A DNA stretch of 64,000 nt from Bigelowiella natans CCMP2755. Its lineage: Eukaryota > Protista > Cercozoa. A program made the translations under genes and the position numbers. Below are positions 25,543-39,251 of this stretch, piece by piece. The stretch is from contig ADNK01000149.1 in NCBI GenBank assembly GCA_000320545.1, positions 232,148 through 296,147 on the forward strand, read 5' to 3'. The notes under the pieces are model-generated. The model was not told the DNA's origin. It searched no databases and saw nothing but the letters and a program-made list of their open reading frames with translations. How positions within the stretch are numbered: position 1 is the first letter of the stretch; each line of letters opens with the position of its first letter.

Positions 25543-26718
25543 CATATTATTCTCGATGATGTTGGTTTCTTTAACAGAAATAACCTTCGATTAAACGAGC
25601 ATCTATTCTCCGGAAAATGCATCGTGCATACTGGGGATTGTAGGAATGCTCCCACGATGTACAGCTCTCAACATGCACAACAACAACAACAACAGCAACG
25701 CCGTCACCACAAGACTTCTTTCTTCCTCCCCCCCCCTTAGTGGTGATGTATGCCTACCTTTTTGATCACGTGTTCTCTCGTCTGTAGCGTGATTCATCTT
25801 TCTCATGCAGGGAGGTTGCCGATCGTGTCAATTTGGGGCTACTACCTACTGCAGAAGACGGATTTGAGGCGGCGTGTAGAGCCTTGAAACAGAAGGTTTG
25901 ACCACCCGTATTCATCCTCCTCCTCATCATCATCATCATTGCTTATGGTTCTATCCACAAAATCAACGCTTCAGGGCGGTATGCTTCACATTCATGGAAA
26001 TGCACACGTCGATGCACAGAGCCCGCAAGAGAAGGATATTCAGAGGCGTAAATATGCTCGAAAGCTCATAGCTGAGTTGCGCGAGGTTTTGGAGGATGTG
26101 AAGCCGGGCCCTCGATGGCAGGTGCTACTTCATTCCACACTAGTTTGCAACAGCGCCATGTAATCATTTTGATCTCATTATACGGTCAAAATGGATTTTC
26201 TGGGGTTGTAGGGCAACGATTTCACCTTTCTTTCTCTCTCCCCTTCCCCCCTCCAGTATCTCTCTCAATTTCTTGTGTGGGTGGGTTGGATATTTCCGTT
26301 TGTGTTGTTATTTGTGGTGTTAGGGGGAGCGATGACACACACACACACACACGCACATACACACACGCACGCCACCACCACCACCACACACCACACACAA
26401 TGCACGCATAGCGCGATTATGAAACCTTCCATGATGCTGTACTGCTATCCTTTTTTTCCAGTTGACGGTGATGAATATAACAAGAGTAAAATCATACGCA
26501 CCTCGCGTGGAGCACGTCGTTGTGGATGTCAAAGTGTCCCAAGCCGCCCCAACCTTCGGTATGAAGCTGCGAGCGATAGAGTACAGCGTGATCTCTCTGT
26601 TGGCCAAGGCGCTCACAGTGGTCTCACTGGCAATGTACGTTAGAGGGATACAGAGAGCAAGGTATGATAAGAAGGAGGTGGAGGGGGCGGAGGAAGAGAA
26701 GGAGGATGAGCAAGATAC

Positions 26719-26755
<37 letters not shown>

Positions 26756-27040
26756 GAGAGAGAGAGGGGGGGGGGGGGGGAAGATCTCTGCTTACTTATG
26801 GATCGTTTTGTTTAGTGAGAACTGAGCAATGATGTGGTGGTTATGCTGTTTAGATATGAAGAGAAAATGAAAGACTTACTCGGAATCACGCAGACTCGAC
26901 GAATGTCGAAGATAGAGAAGAGGAGGGTAGAGAAACTCGCACGGGAACGACAGGAAACGCAGGACGCTATCCTCCAAGCAAGTATTCAAAGTATTATTGA
27001 GGATGCTGAACAAGAGGTTGCTGCAAAAGGAAAGAAATAA
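23252..27040 (+). CDS. TYW2: tRNA wybutosine-synthesizing protein 2 (TYW2/TRM12, SAM-dependent, Met10/Trm5 superfamily)
   Basis: Exons encode VTLSWDPTSLMFSHGNLSERR | RIADLDCSGETVVDLFAGIG | YFTLHYLCNANASVVHACEINP | EVADRVNLGLLPTAEDGFEAACRALKQK | GGMLHIHGN | ITRVKSYAPRVEHVVVDV. The N-terminus is a hydrophobic leader (MVKACNSGGNAICMALFAISFVTLLL). The stop is at 27040. Confidence 0.88.
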
Positions 27041-27109
27041 CCTCTGCAATAATTTGTTTATCGCTCACCTTACTTCTGCTCCAGCCCTAATAGTGAATGG
27101 TGTGGAACT

Positions 27110-27640
27110 AGCTAGAAATGTAGCATGTTGTGTGGAATCGAAGCTCGCGCTTCAGTCGCATTAGCCGTTCAATTCGATTATTCAGGCTCAATAACTATGT
27201 ATGGTATATGTAGACCGAATATTGGAATGAACATAACGAATAATATTGTGGCAGTGATAGTTGCATAGTGGGATACAATGCGCTCCACGTTGCGGTATGC
27301 ATGGAGCGTGGATGCGATGTTCTACAGCTTCGATCGCGTTAACAAGGGCCATATGTATAGTGCTTCGATGAGATGCATATTGCGATGTATTTTTAAGTGC
27401 TCTGTTGCACAGCGCTACATTAGGATGACTACTTGAAAAAATGCAATTATTTTATTACATCCGTTTCATATCTATTTTTAACACAGCCCTCATCATCATA
27501 TGCATGCACAAACACCATCGCAATCTGGCCAGCAGTTATTTCTAATGTGTGAAGCGTTGGCCTACGCGCATGCTGCCATCGTTGCAGTAATCGTATCCAT
27601 GCTACCATGCAAGTGCGTCGCGCAGTCCATTTTTGGCGAT
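27110..27640. other. Palindrome/RY-rich tract (convergent spacer; weaker example)
   Basis: actagctag, cgatcgcg, atgcatat, catatgcatgca and cgcgcatgc clusters between two stop codons. Confidence 0.6.
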
Positions 27641-27706
27641 TTCTTTTTTTCGGTACAAAAGTCTCATTTTCATTTTACGAACAACTTAAATACACGCCTA
27701 GATCGA

Positions 27707-29137
27707 CTATGAGAAGAAATCTCGAGTGAAGCATCTTTTGATTCCGTGAATCATGACGCATGTTCCCTTTCGTAACGAAGGGAGCAGCATCGCTTTCTTA
27801 GTAGAGGGATTATCTAGGTGACTTTCTAAACCAGACGCAGGGAATGAGAGATTGTATGCGCCTGTGCGACAATCCAGCGACACGTTACCATTCTTAAACG
27901 TGCGGCGAAAAAACATTTTGTCGGCACCCATTTCCGCAGGTCCTTCAGGCTTCCCAGTCCTTAGTTGGTCATATTGTGAGTAATACTTCCAACTTGAATC
28001 ATACCATCCTCCCATTGCGTAGGGATCATCCTTGTCCTGCATGTTAGAGAATCCAAAGTAGCTCCCCTTACCCATTCCCACCAAAAAACCAGCGATTGAC
28101 ATTTCTAAGAACTCAGCCTCAGAAAATTCTCTTATTCTATTTTTGTTGTCCCGGCAGCCTCCAAGACAGCCCTTCGAATTTGGAAACCATGGGACGTGCA
28201 CAAACACTGGTATACCATGCGAGCTCTCCTCAATCATGTTTTGGATTTGAGCCGAGCATGTCTGATTCAATTGCCACATGAAGAACTCATAGTTTCGAGC
28301 GAAGGGTATCCCTTGCAAAGACTCCAGTATATTTTCTTCTGGATAAGGACATTCATTTTCGAAAGGGACAACGGGGAAGTCCACGGATTTGAACTGGTTT
28401 GTCGTTGACAGCACTGGGTATCTCCCTTTCCCGACCATCTTTGCAAATCCTATCTTCCAAGCCTCCATGGTAGCGTTTTGAATTTCGGCCCTTTCCTGGT
28501 CTGTTAGGATGACTTGTACATCCTCAGAATCGCAATGCACCGATTCTGCATTATCTAAGAAGGATCCCAACACGCTCTCCTCATTTCCGATTTCGTCGAG
28601 AACTGAGTTTGCAAATTTACTTGAGCAGGCTGGGTTTGAGAAGTTATAACGGCAAAGTTGTCTTCCTGTTTCTGCAAAATTAGAAAATCCCAACGTTCCG
28701 TTGCATTCGTCATCGGCGTTGTGCTTTAGGAAGAGTTCTTGCCGGTTAAGCATCTGATTCTGCCCAGTGTAAAAATACCCTGCCCACATCCCGTTTCGAT
28801 ACACCATGCAGGGTGGAGCGTTCGGCAATTTGGCCAGAACTTCACATTGTTCTTCTGAGAACACCTCCCCCTTCAGATCCGCCCATCCAGGATCTTGAAT
28901 GAATTGTCCCATCCTGTACTCAAAAATTGCCAATGAGAAGTTGGAGATCTTTGCGAGGCGAGAATGGTCTTCAATCAAGCCCGTCGGGTCAGCGGCGAAG
29001 TACATCGAGGGAAACTTCTCTTCCCATCCATTCCACTTCCATGGTTGCCATGTGGACGGATGGGAAGTGGACGCTATCCCGATTTGGAAAAGAGTTATCC
29101 ATCGAAGAGCTTGGCTCAAACCCCCCCATCTCCACAT
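27707..29137 (-). CDS. Intronless secreted glycoside-hydrolase-like protein (GHL15-like TIM barrel), 476 aa
   Basis: Single 504-codon open frame with first ATG at 29137 (MWRWGGLSQALRWITLFQIGIAST, signal-like). The C-terminal AGFLVGMGKGSYFG...WKYYSQYDQLRTGKPEGPAE...FFRRTFKNGNVSLD matches my recollection of the GHL15 family pattern. Confidence 0.7.
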   Translation of the reverse strand: MWRWGGLSQALRWITLFQIGIASTSHPSTWQPWKWNGWEEKFPSMYFAADPTGLIEDHSRLAKISNFSLAIFEYRMGQFIQDPGWADLKGEVFSEEQCEVLAKLPNAPPCMVYRNGMWAGYFYTGQNQMLNRQELFLKHNADDECNGTLGFSNFAETGRQLCRYNFSNPACSSKFANSVLDEIGNEESVLGSFLDNAESVHCDSEDVQVILTDQERAEIQNATMEAWKIGFAKMVGKGRYPVLSTTNQFKSVDFPVVPFENECPYPEENILESLQGIPFARNYEFFMWQLNQTCSAQIQNMIEESSHGIPVFVHVPWFPNSKGCLGGCRDNKNRIREFSEAEFLEMSIAGFLVGMGKGSYFGFSNMQDKDDPYAMGGWYDSSWKYYSQYDQLRTGKPEGPAEMGADKMFFRRTFKNGNVSLDCRTGAYNLSFPASGLESHLDNPSTKKAMLLPSLRKGTCVMIHGIKRCFTRDFFS

Positions 29138-29763
29138 TGAATTGATCGAAGTAGATGGTGTGTCTGGGCGGTACAAAAAGAGGTGTACATGTATTAACTT
29201 CCCGTTACTGTCCACTACCACCCGTTATTGCCTGCGATCACCAGCCCCTTGGTACTACTTTATCGTTGCAGAAAAAACCAGAAAGTGGTACGAGACGCAT
29301 CAATCTCTCAAGAATCTCCATTAGATCTAGTATTCTATTCGTCTACAAACTAGATCTACGAGTGTGTTCTGTCTGAAAATTGGACCGGAAATAACTACGA
29401 CTCACATAACAGCTGTTCCAGACAGAACCGCACCGATGTATTATTGATGTATCACACCACTGAAGGGGAAGCAGCCACCTCTGTTTGCATACTCTTTCTG
29501 CGAACTATGACCTTCTTTGCCCCCGAGAAACTTCCAAGTTTTCTTTCTTGCCTTTTTCACTAAATATCGCGAACTCAGCGTCCTACGAGCGACTGTGTCT
29601 GCATCGAAAAGGCTTGTCGCACGTACAAAAAAGGCCTATGGTGCGAGGTTTCAGCGACACCACTTGATCGAGAAGCTCGTCCCTTCTTCGCACACGCATC
29701 GCACATCGGAGTAACAGCGGGAAGAAGAGTACCGAACGCTGGATCGCACAACAGGCACGAAAG

Positions 29764-32700
29764 ATGAAGCGGGGAAGCGAAGCTTGCGATGACGGCACGA
29801 AACCACAGGAGAACAACAAGAAGCTCAAAGCCTCCGTGCAGGTACGAAGGCGGGGAAACACGGCAGCGTCCAGTCTCACATGTTTCGCACTTCGCATAGG
29901 TTTTGGATGGGATTATCCCCAGATCCTCATCTTCGCAGAATGAGTGGTGGAACAGCGACGCAAAGCTGGAGGAACGGTCAATGGAAGAGGTCAAGGTCTG
30001 GCTGGAAGCCATGAAAGTGCAAAAGAGATTGGAGTTTGAAGTGAAGGATGTGGTATCTTCCGGGGGAGTATTAGCGGAAAGGTCTACGGAGGCGCTTCAA
30101 AAATTGGCAGGATCGTCAGCCGGTGTGGAAATTTTCAATGAAAAGGAGAAATTAAAAACAGGTAAAAGTTTAGCCCCCCATTACACGGCATCATCTGTAA
30201 AAGAGCCTTTGTGGTGACTTTCTCATTTATTGTATGAACCACAATTTAGCCCCACAAATTTTCATATCGCTTCCATTTCGTCATGTACCTTGCGCAAATT
30301 GAAAATAAGCAGTATAAGAACCTTGCGTTTGACCTAAACAACATGTATTGCTTGTGATTTTAGGCCGACAAACACCCACTTTGAGTGCCGTGAACGGCGA
30401 TGAAAAAGGCAAAAACTCTGGAGAGGAGCCATCCGAAAATGTGTACTTTTGGGGGTTGCCATCACATTATACTGAGCTCGAAATGACCCTTTTGGCATTT
30501 GCAGCTGGAGATGTAATGCTAGATATCGCTGCACATCCAATTTTGAAATATCTATTCCTTGTCCGCACATATCACGTTAAATGAATTGTAGCGTGTAGAA
30601 TTTCTGGTGATGATTCCCCATACAGATTTATGGGTATGATTGGATTCTCATTACATTGATTTCTACCTCATGTAATTCTACTTCTCATGATGACATCAAT
30701 CGTTTTGCTAAATACAGGTTGTTTCTGTGAGGATGGGGCCCAGCAATGGAAAACCACACACTCATGCATTTGTCCAATTTACGAAACTGGTACGAGGATC
30801 TAATAAACATATCAATAAATGTATCGATCGATTGTGTTCTCTAGCAAAGTCCATCTACTGCAACTAGAGAGCTATCTCAATAGTTGTGACAACGACAATT
30901 TTGATCTACTTGACAGGAAGAAGCAGAGAGAGCGATAAAGTTTCTAAACAAGAGGTGAGACGGTCCTCGCTTTTAGATTCGTAGAGTGTATCGAATTCCA
31001 AGATGTTTATTGTTGCCTTACTACCGTGTTGCTTCTGGCTTCTTCTCTTTTCCTTTGACGGCCTGTGCATGCAGAAAGTTCGACTCACGCCACCTCGTAG
31101 TCCGATATGCAAAACCAGTTACTCATCGCAACGGCAGCACTGTCACCGTGAATTCGGTACTTCTAATTAATTACCACACAAAAAATGGACATGGACGATA
31201 AAAAGGCCGAAGCTAGTCAATTCCAATGAGAGATAAAGTATATTTGCTAATTCACTCTATCAGTAACTACCATTTTTCCTTATTCAGGCTCTATCTGCTC
31301 CTCCCCGAAGTAAAATTCCAACACCCGCTCCCGCTACTTATGGGATGAGGAGTCAGAACTCGCCAATGCAGTACTATCCTCGACAGCAGGGATATCATCA
31401 GAATGGCTCGCAGGGGTATTATCAGAATGATTTGCAGGTAGTATCCATGGTGCTGCCAAACGTAGCATCTGTGATGAACAGTAATAGCACTTGCTAGAGC
31501 CCAGTTATAGATTCCTTCACCATCATGTTTTGTGTTTAATGTTTATGAATGTTTGCTTGTTTATTTGTGAGACATTTACTCACGAGAGAAGAATAATATG
31601 CGCCGTTCAAAAAGCTTCATGGGATCAATGATGATACGTGTAGATGGCCTACGGCAGTCGGTACGGTGCTTCAGGTGGAGGCAGCTACACCAGTGACAAC
31701 ATCTACATCAGGTGTGATATGGAACGAGAATGAATTTAGAGGGAAAGAGCATTATGCCAATTCCGCTGCTTTCTTTTGTCTAAGCCAACTTTGTGCTGCT
31801 GCTGCTGCTGCTGTTGTTGTTTTACATCATAAATGCAGTGGCCTTCCGGACAACGTCACCGATAAATACATCGAGCGCCTCTTCATGATGTATTCAGGAC
31901 ACACCTAGCCCCTTCACCTTGTTTTTTGTTAGATCGCTCATGCTGCTAGTTTCTTCAACTTCATAGCTGCTTCCCCTCTTTCCCAATACTGCTGCATCCA
32001 TCAGGTACGGGAGCATCGTATCCACAAAGATACTCCAAAATCCACAGACAGGTGCCCCGCTTGGAACAGCCCTAGTTCGGATGCAGAATAGCCACCAGGC
32101 TGCATCAGCTATACACAATCTAAATGGTGAGTGGAATCACTAGGATCGATGTTAATAATTGATTGACGTATGCACGCGTTGTCTGGTCTAATTCAACTCT
32201 CGTTGATTCATCGATGGATTTTGCTCAGGTTTTCAGTTGATGGGGGGCAGCGTCTTGTCCTGCCGATATGCTAACGAGAAGCAAAGAGGACCGCCCAGCT
32301 CGACGAATCTTTACCTCAGCGGACTTCCGAATGACGTTACCGATAGCTCGCTGCGGGTCACCTAGCTTCAAATGATGAGGATGATGATTATGAGGATGAT
32401 GATAAGGAGAGTGATGATAGTGATAGTGATGTCTGTTTAAAGATGTGTTTCGTATGTGAAATGACGGTGCTCTTTGTTGCGATGCTTTTCTCAGGAGATA
32501 TTCTCGACGTACGGGTACCCACTTTCTACGGGGCTGGCAGCTCTATTTCTTCTCCTAATCAATAATATTATTTTTATAATGTCGATGGCAAGTTGCTGCG
32601 GCTGTCAATGTTAATGTGACCCTATAACAGCACATTGTTTCCGTTGCTCCTGCGCTCAAATACTGCAGGTACGGCAACATTGTATCTACGAAGGTGCTAA

Positions 32701-33626
32701 CAAGTCGAGACACAGGCCTGCCTCTTGGAAATGCCCTTGTTCGCGTCCAAACTAGCCAGCAAGCTGCAGTAGCAAGGCAGAATCTAGACGGTACTTTCTA
32801 CTTATGGATGAGTAACTGTAGTAAGATTAGTACAGATTATTACGCAACCTCCCTCGCTAGAGCCATAGCGATTATCGACTTTAATAATGACCTCTATGTG
32901 ATTTCTTCTTCTTCTTCTTCTTCTTCTTCTTCTTCTTCTTCTCCTTCTCCCTCTTCCTCTGCTTCTTCCTTACTTGCCATTCATATCAGGGTGCCAATTA
33001 AACGGAGGCCAAGTCCTATCGTGTCGATTCGCCAATGAGAAGAGCGCGGGGCCAACCAGCGCGACGAATCTTTACGTCAGCGGACTCCCTGCAACTATGA
33101 CTGAATCCTATCTTAAGGTTGTTCCCTGGTTAACTGATAGGTTACTCGGAAGGGCGATGATGACTGACGATGATAGTGATGATGACGATGATGATGGTGC
33201 TGCTGATCATGGAGTCAGGACGACAATCAATGAATACGTATCATGATACTACCACCGTTGTTGCTACGCATTTTTAAAGGAATTATTCGCACCGTATGGA
33301 AGTGTTACATCCCAGAAGATTATCACGAATCGAGCTACGGGGATGCCTCTTGGCACAGCTCTCGTACGAATGGAGACCAACGAGCAGGCCAATGCGTGCA
33401 TCAACAGTCTGAACGGTGCTCAGGTTGTCGCCATTCACCATCCTCTTATTTTTCAAAAAAACTTAATTTTTTTTAAGTAGGAAGTATTTCATATACAATG
33501 TTAACCTTATGAGTTTGCTTGGGTTATTGCCGTTCCTTTACATCGCTAAATCAGATGCCGGGTGGAAAATACTTAAGCATTCGATTTGCAACTGAAAAGG
33601 GAGTTGCATCTAGAAGTATGTCGTGA
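29764..33626 (+). CDS. Multi-RRM RNA-binding protein (ELAV/RBMS/Sxl-like, 4 RRMs)
   Basis: RRM1: NVYFWGLP...HAFVQF...EEAERAIKFLN. RRM2: DNIYISGLPDNVTD...YGSIVSTKILQNPQTGAPLGTALVRM. RRM3: TNLYLSGLP...YGNIVSTKV...PLGNALVRV. RRM4: TNLYVSGLP...ELFAPYGSV...PLGTALVRM...LSIRFA. The true start may lie upstream (about 29500-29670). Confidence 0.85.
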
Positions 33627-33768
33627 CATTGAACAGGGCATCCCTTCCATTTGGCGGAAGGATTCACGGTTCAAAGATTGCTTCTGCTCATCATTTGTCA
33701 CCGGATTACCAATGTTTTATGAAACTTGTGCCCTCTACATGGAATTGCTGCTTAAATACATATGTGTG

Positions 33769-33831
<63 letters not shown>

Positions 33832-33990
33832 TATACATATTACTATGGTTTAATAAAGATTTTATTTACTAAATAATGAAGAGATTGAAAAGATGTGTGT
33901 CTCAATGATGATGGCGTAGCTTTTTACATAGCCATAGACTATATGTGCGCATTAACTAGGCGTATCCGCACAAAATGTGTGTGTGTGTGC

Positions 33991-34043
<53 letters not shown>

Positions 34044-34129
34044 GTGTGTGTAGGTCGTTGATCGTATTGAGGAATGTAAGTAAGTATGTGATATAGTGAT
34101 GCGCTCACAGTTTATTGGGAAATTATTGT

Positions 34130-34620
34130 AGCTACATGCATGTTTTGCAACTGTGCGTATGCACGATGCATATTCACGATGCACGATGTAGTGCGATGTA
34201 CAGATGCAGCAAAGACTGAGTCATCTGACTAGCACTAGAGCTAGCTATATTGTACTGCTGTGGGCTGCGTGCATCACTAAATCATTAGTAGAGCAATGAT
34301 CGACTTGTGAGATGCACATGCACATGCATGCTTGTCATTGCTAGATTGCTAGATAGGCGTACTCATCTGCGTACTAATGTGCGGTCTGTCACTAGATAGA
34401 TCAGCCAATCCTAGAGTCAAAAGCTTAATGATCTGATGTGCGCGACACTCCAGCTAGCTAATAGATGCTATTGCAGCTATGCGGCGCGTGCACAATCATC
34501 TGGACCATTTATGACGTCAAGCAGGCTAGCATGCAACGCAGCGCGTCGGGGCAATGAACAAGCCACAGCTAAATGATAGGGTCATGCAGTACTAGAGTAC
34601 TGTAAGATCATTACAATGCG
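34130..34620. other. Palindrome-dense RY tract (convergent spacer)
   Basis: catgcatg, gcatattcacgatgc, ctagagctagct, tgcacatgcacatgcatgc, gctagattgctag and cagctagcta. Confidence 0.85.
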
Positions 34621-34741
34621 GTTCCATTATATTACACTGAGTCTGCTGTTATCTTTTTACATGAACTAATATTTGATTGAGTCTACACAGTCTCGGATTT
34701 AGTTCAGCATTGCATTTCTATCTTTTTCGATTCGGGGAACG

Positions 34742-36155
<1,414 letters not shown>

Positions 36156-36667
36156 TCCTAATGTCCAGGGGGGCGGTGGGTTCCCACGCAATCTATGCTT
36201 ACTTCCTCTCGCGTCAACTACATGGGATTGTCGTTATCCACCAGCACCCTTTGATTGGAACGAAAAATGGATTTTCTGCGGTACCCATAGGCGACGAGGT
36301 GACGCGTAACGCGAGCGGAGAATCTGGTTATAACGTCAAGCAGATGCACAGGAAAACACATTCTAAGAGAGGAGATAATGACCAATTTTACGATAATCCC
36401 GGAATATCTTTGGGGGTAGCAGAGATTCACAAAAAAACTCGAGTGCCAAGGGAGATCCTCTACAAAATCTCTGGCACAGCTGCGCAGCGGCAGTTGTGGA
36501 GTACCTGAGGTCTTCTTGGAAAGAATTTTGTCGGGTAAATTACTGAAGATTTATGGAAAACATCTGCCGAACGTAGATTTGTTTGCATCACTGTCTGACT
36601 GCCGCAGCCGTGTGCCACCTCAGCACTGAAAACTTAAATCGATCCCGCGTAGGCTGATCGGGGGAGG

Positions 36668-37718
36668 ATGTACAATGTATTCGTTCGCGCCAACGCGGTG
36701 TTCTTTTACTGGACCACCGTGATATTCTTCTTGTCGATGGGGTAGGAGAGAAAGGCCTCCACGCATTAGACCAGAGAAAGCAATTTGTCTTCTGGCTTAA
36801 TGCGAGGACATTACACACATGTATCCACATATGCAAATACAAACATGGAGAGAATTGCTAGGCAGGCAGCAGGAAGATGCATATATAAAGTCGCGTCAGG
36901 AGATGCCCGATATTATACAGATCTAAATTACCAACGAAGACTTTTAATTATGAAATTGATATATGAAAAATTGAGGACTAGATGGCGGTCTCCCGTCGAA
37001 GAAGAAGATAATACTGTTGAGTGAATAAATAGATGAGAAATACCAGAAAATAAAGACGCATGTATGGACATGCTACCGTCTCAACCATTAATTTTGTCCC
37101 GTTTATGTTGCAGGTGTTCCACCACGTCGTTCTTTTTCGAATCGAATCCAACTATCTCTATGTCCCTCAACAAATTCGAAGAGCTGTAATACGTGATAAG
37201 AAGAAAAAATTTCTAACTAGTTTGGAATGTATCGATATCCACACTTAACGAATGCCCTTTCTCAGATCTTATGTGAAGTCGTACAACGCGGAGAACGCAC
37301 TTTTCTCTCTAGATATCGACGCTGACCTCACCACTTTATTCAACTGGAACGTAAAGCAATTGTTCGTGTGGATTTCAGCAGAGTACAAAACAAGAAGCTA
37401 TGAGAAAAATCAGGTAACCGTCGTAATGCAAACTTTAGAAAAATCCTTTTTATTTAGCGTGTGGAACATATTGTCAAGGTGATTCTCTGGGACACCATAA
37501 TTGAAGATGTTAGTGAAGCGCATCTCCTTCTCAAAGATGAGAAACTGAAGTACGAGCTTACAAGTTTTGAGAAGGAACTCAGAAATCGTAAGATAAATCT
37601 TACCTTGAGCTGGGACATCATGCCTGTTGTTGGCGTACTTAAGATGCAAGGAGGTCAAGTTTCAAACGTGCATCAGATAACGCTGCCTAAGAAGTATGTC
37701 AAGCTGACTGCAAGATAA
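36668..37718 (+). CDS. SPCS3: Signal peptidase complex subunit 3 (SPC22/23)
   Basis: MYNVFVRANAVFFYWTTVIFFLSMG | CSTTSFFF... | ...FSLDIDADLTTLFNWNVKQLFVWISAEYKTRSYEKNQ | VILWDTII...NLTLSWDIMPVVGVL...LPKKYVKLTAR*. Confidence 0.95.
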
Positions 37719-37779
37719 ATTGCACATTCACTTGGTACAAAAGAATGAAGTGATTGTCGTAACAACACACACACATGCA

Positions 37780-38340
37780 CGTTTGTGACATGGGCGCATC
37801 GCAGGTGGATGAGCACAAGTTCGTCAAACCGAATGACCATGCACCAGTGTGACACCAGCCAGCTAGCCAGTGACATCATGAGATGCCGTCTGAAATCACG
37901 TCAGCTAGCCGGCCTTTGAGCCTAGCAGCATGCCGATCTAGCAATGATCATGTTCACACTTCCATGCAATGTGTGTGTGCAACAATGACTGCAGGTCTAG
38001 AGGTGGTGTTGCAGCATGCAGTGCTAGATGCTAGAATGCGTGCAAACAAATCTCACACAAGTTCTAGAGTTTCAGAGTGGAAGTGCACACACACGCTAAC
38101 CTCCATCATGTCATTGTTTGCTTGTTTGATCTGCGGTGCACTGCGCATGATCGACTCGCCACACGCGTCTGTCCTGCCTAGCTAGCTAGCTAGCTGCGTC
38201 AGTTGTGCGTGCAGTCTGCGCGTCGCTGTCAATGTAGTTGCCACAGGTGCCGGAAATCTTGGGAGCTGCTGGCATGCTGTTGTCGAGAGGTCAACGCATG
38301 CGTCACGCAGCTGATGCACACTGCACATGCGGCGTCGTCA
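37780..38340. other. Palindrome-dense RY tract (tandem spacer after SPCS3)
   Basis: gccagctagcc, cagctagccggc, gcatgcagtgctagatgctag and ctagctagctagctagct. Confidence 0.85.
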
Positions 38341-38412
38341 TGGTGCTGACATGGATGACCTTTTTGACTTGTCCAGTTGTCTTCTGCACGTCGTTGCACC
38401 AATTGAGCACGA

Positions 38413-39200
38413 ATGACAAGCACGGCTCGCGGAACAGGAAATCAAGTCAGATCCACATTGGACCAAGTGACAAGACGAAACTGCCCACTTCCTACCGGCG
38501 AACAAAAGGAAACCCGCACCGCACTTCTTTGGCATTGCTTGCACGATTTGTCCCTTCATCCCAGACTCGGACATCGTGGCGTGTCCTCCACTGGCCAACA
38601 CTGGAACATTGAGGAGGCAATTGCAACAACTGCATTTTGGTGATTGTCCAACTTGCAATTCAAGAGATCCAGACGTGCCGCTTGCAGAATCGCAAACGAT
38701 GAAGCAATTCCTCGCAAAAAAAAAAAGTGCGAACGTGTTTTGCAAACAGCATCTCCCTCACTGGAATGAAAAGTTCCAAATCACTCGACACGAACGAGAA
38801 CAATGAGAACAATGAGAAAATTGATGAAAAACTACATTTCCAAAGTGTGACAAGACACTTGCAATGCATGAAATGCAGTGCCTCGAACTGAATGAATGAA
38901 TGAATTCGAATTCTCCATTCAACAGTGGCTCTCTTGTGTTTTTCGCACTCAGCCACAAATTATTTTTTTTGGATATCCAATGCGTTTCCATGCATTTTGC
39001 CCTTGGATTCAGCCGACTCCGAACAAATGGCATTGCGGCGATCAGTCAAATGTTTGACGAAGACGCAGGGGAAAAGATGGAATAAGAGTAAAACAAAGGG
39101 CTTTAGATACATGCGACAACAACACGTCTACGGCAAGAGAATTTCGAACAGGAAATTGCTTCGTCGCCGCCCCTGTGATTTGAATTCTTCGATCAGCTGA
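38413..39200 (+). mobile_element. Probable decayed Ty3/Gypsy-type integrase fragment (frameshifted)
   Basis: CPLPTGEQKETRTALLWHCLHDLSLHPRLGHRGVSST fits the integrase H2C2 pattern (P..R..LL...HD...GH.G...T). DCPTCNSR...PL follows in an adjacent frame. Later RTNGIA / RSVKCLTKTQGKRWNK...LLRRRP resembles the core C-terminus. No DDE residues or LTRs are recognisable. Confidence 0.45.
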
Positions 39201-39251
39201 ACGAAAGATTAGGACAAGTGCATAATCTGAATTAAAAGCCAATCCATAGAT

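Noticed and set aside
28899-29376. Plus-strand ORFs of 141, 72 and 73 aa
   Set aside because: They are antisense shadows of the 504-codon minus-strand CDS.
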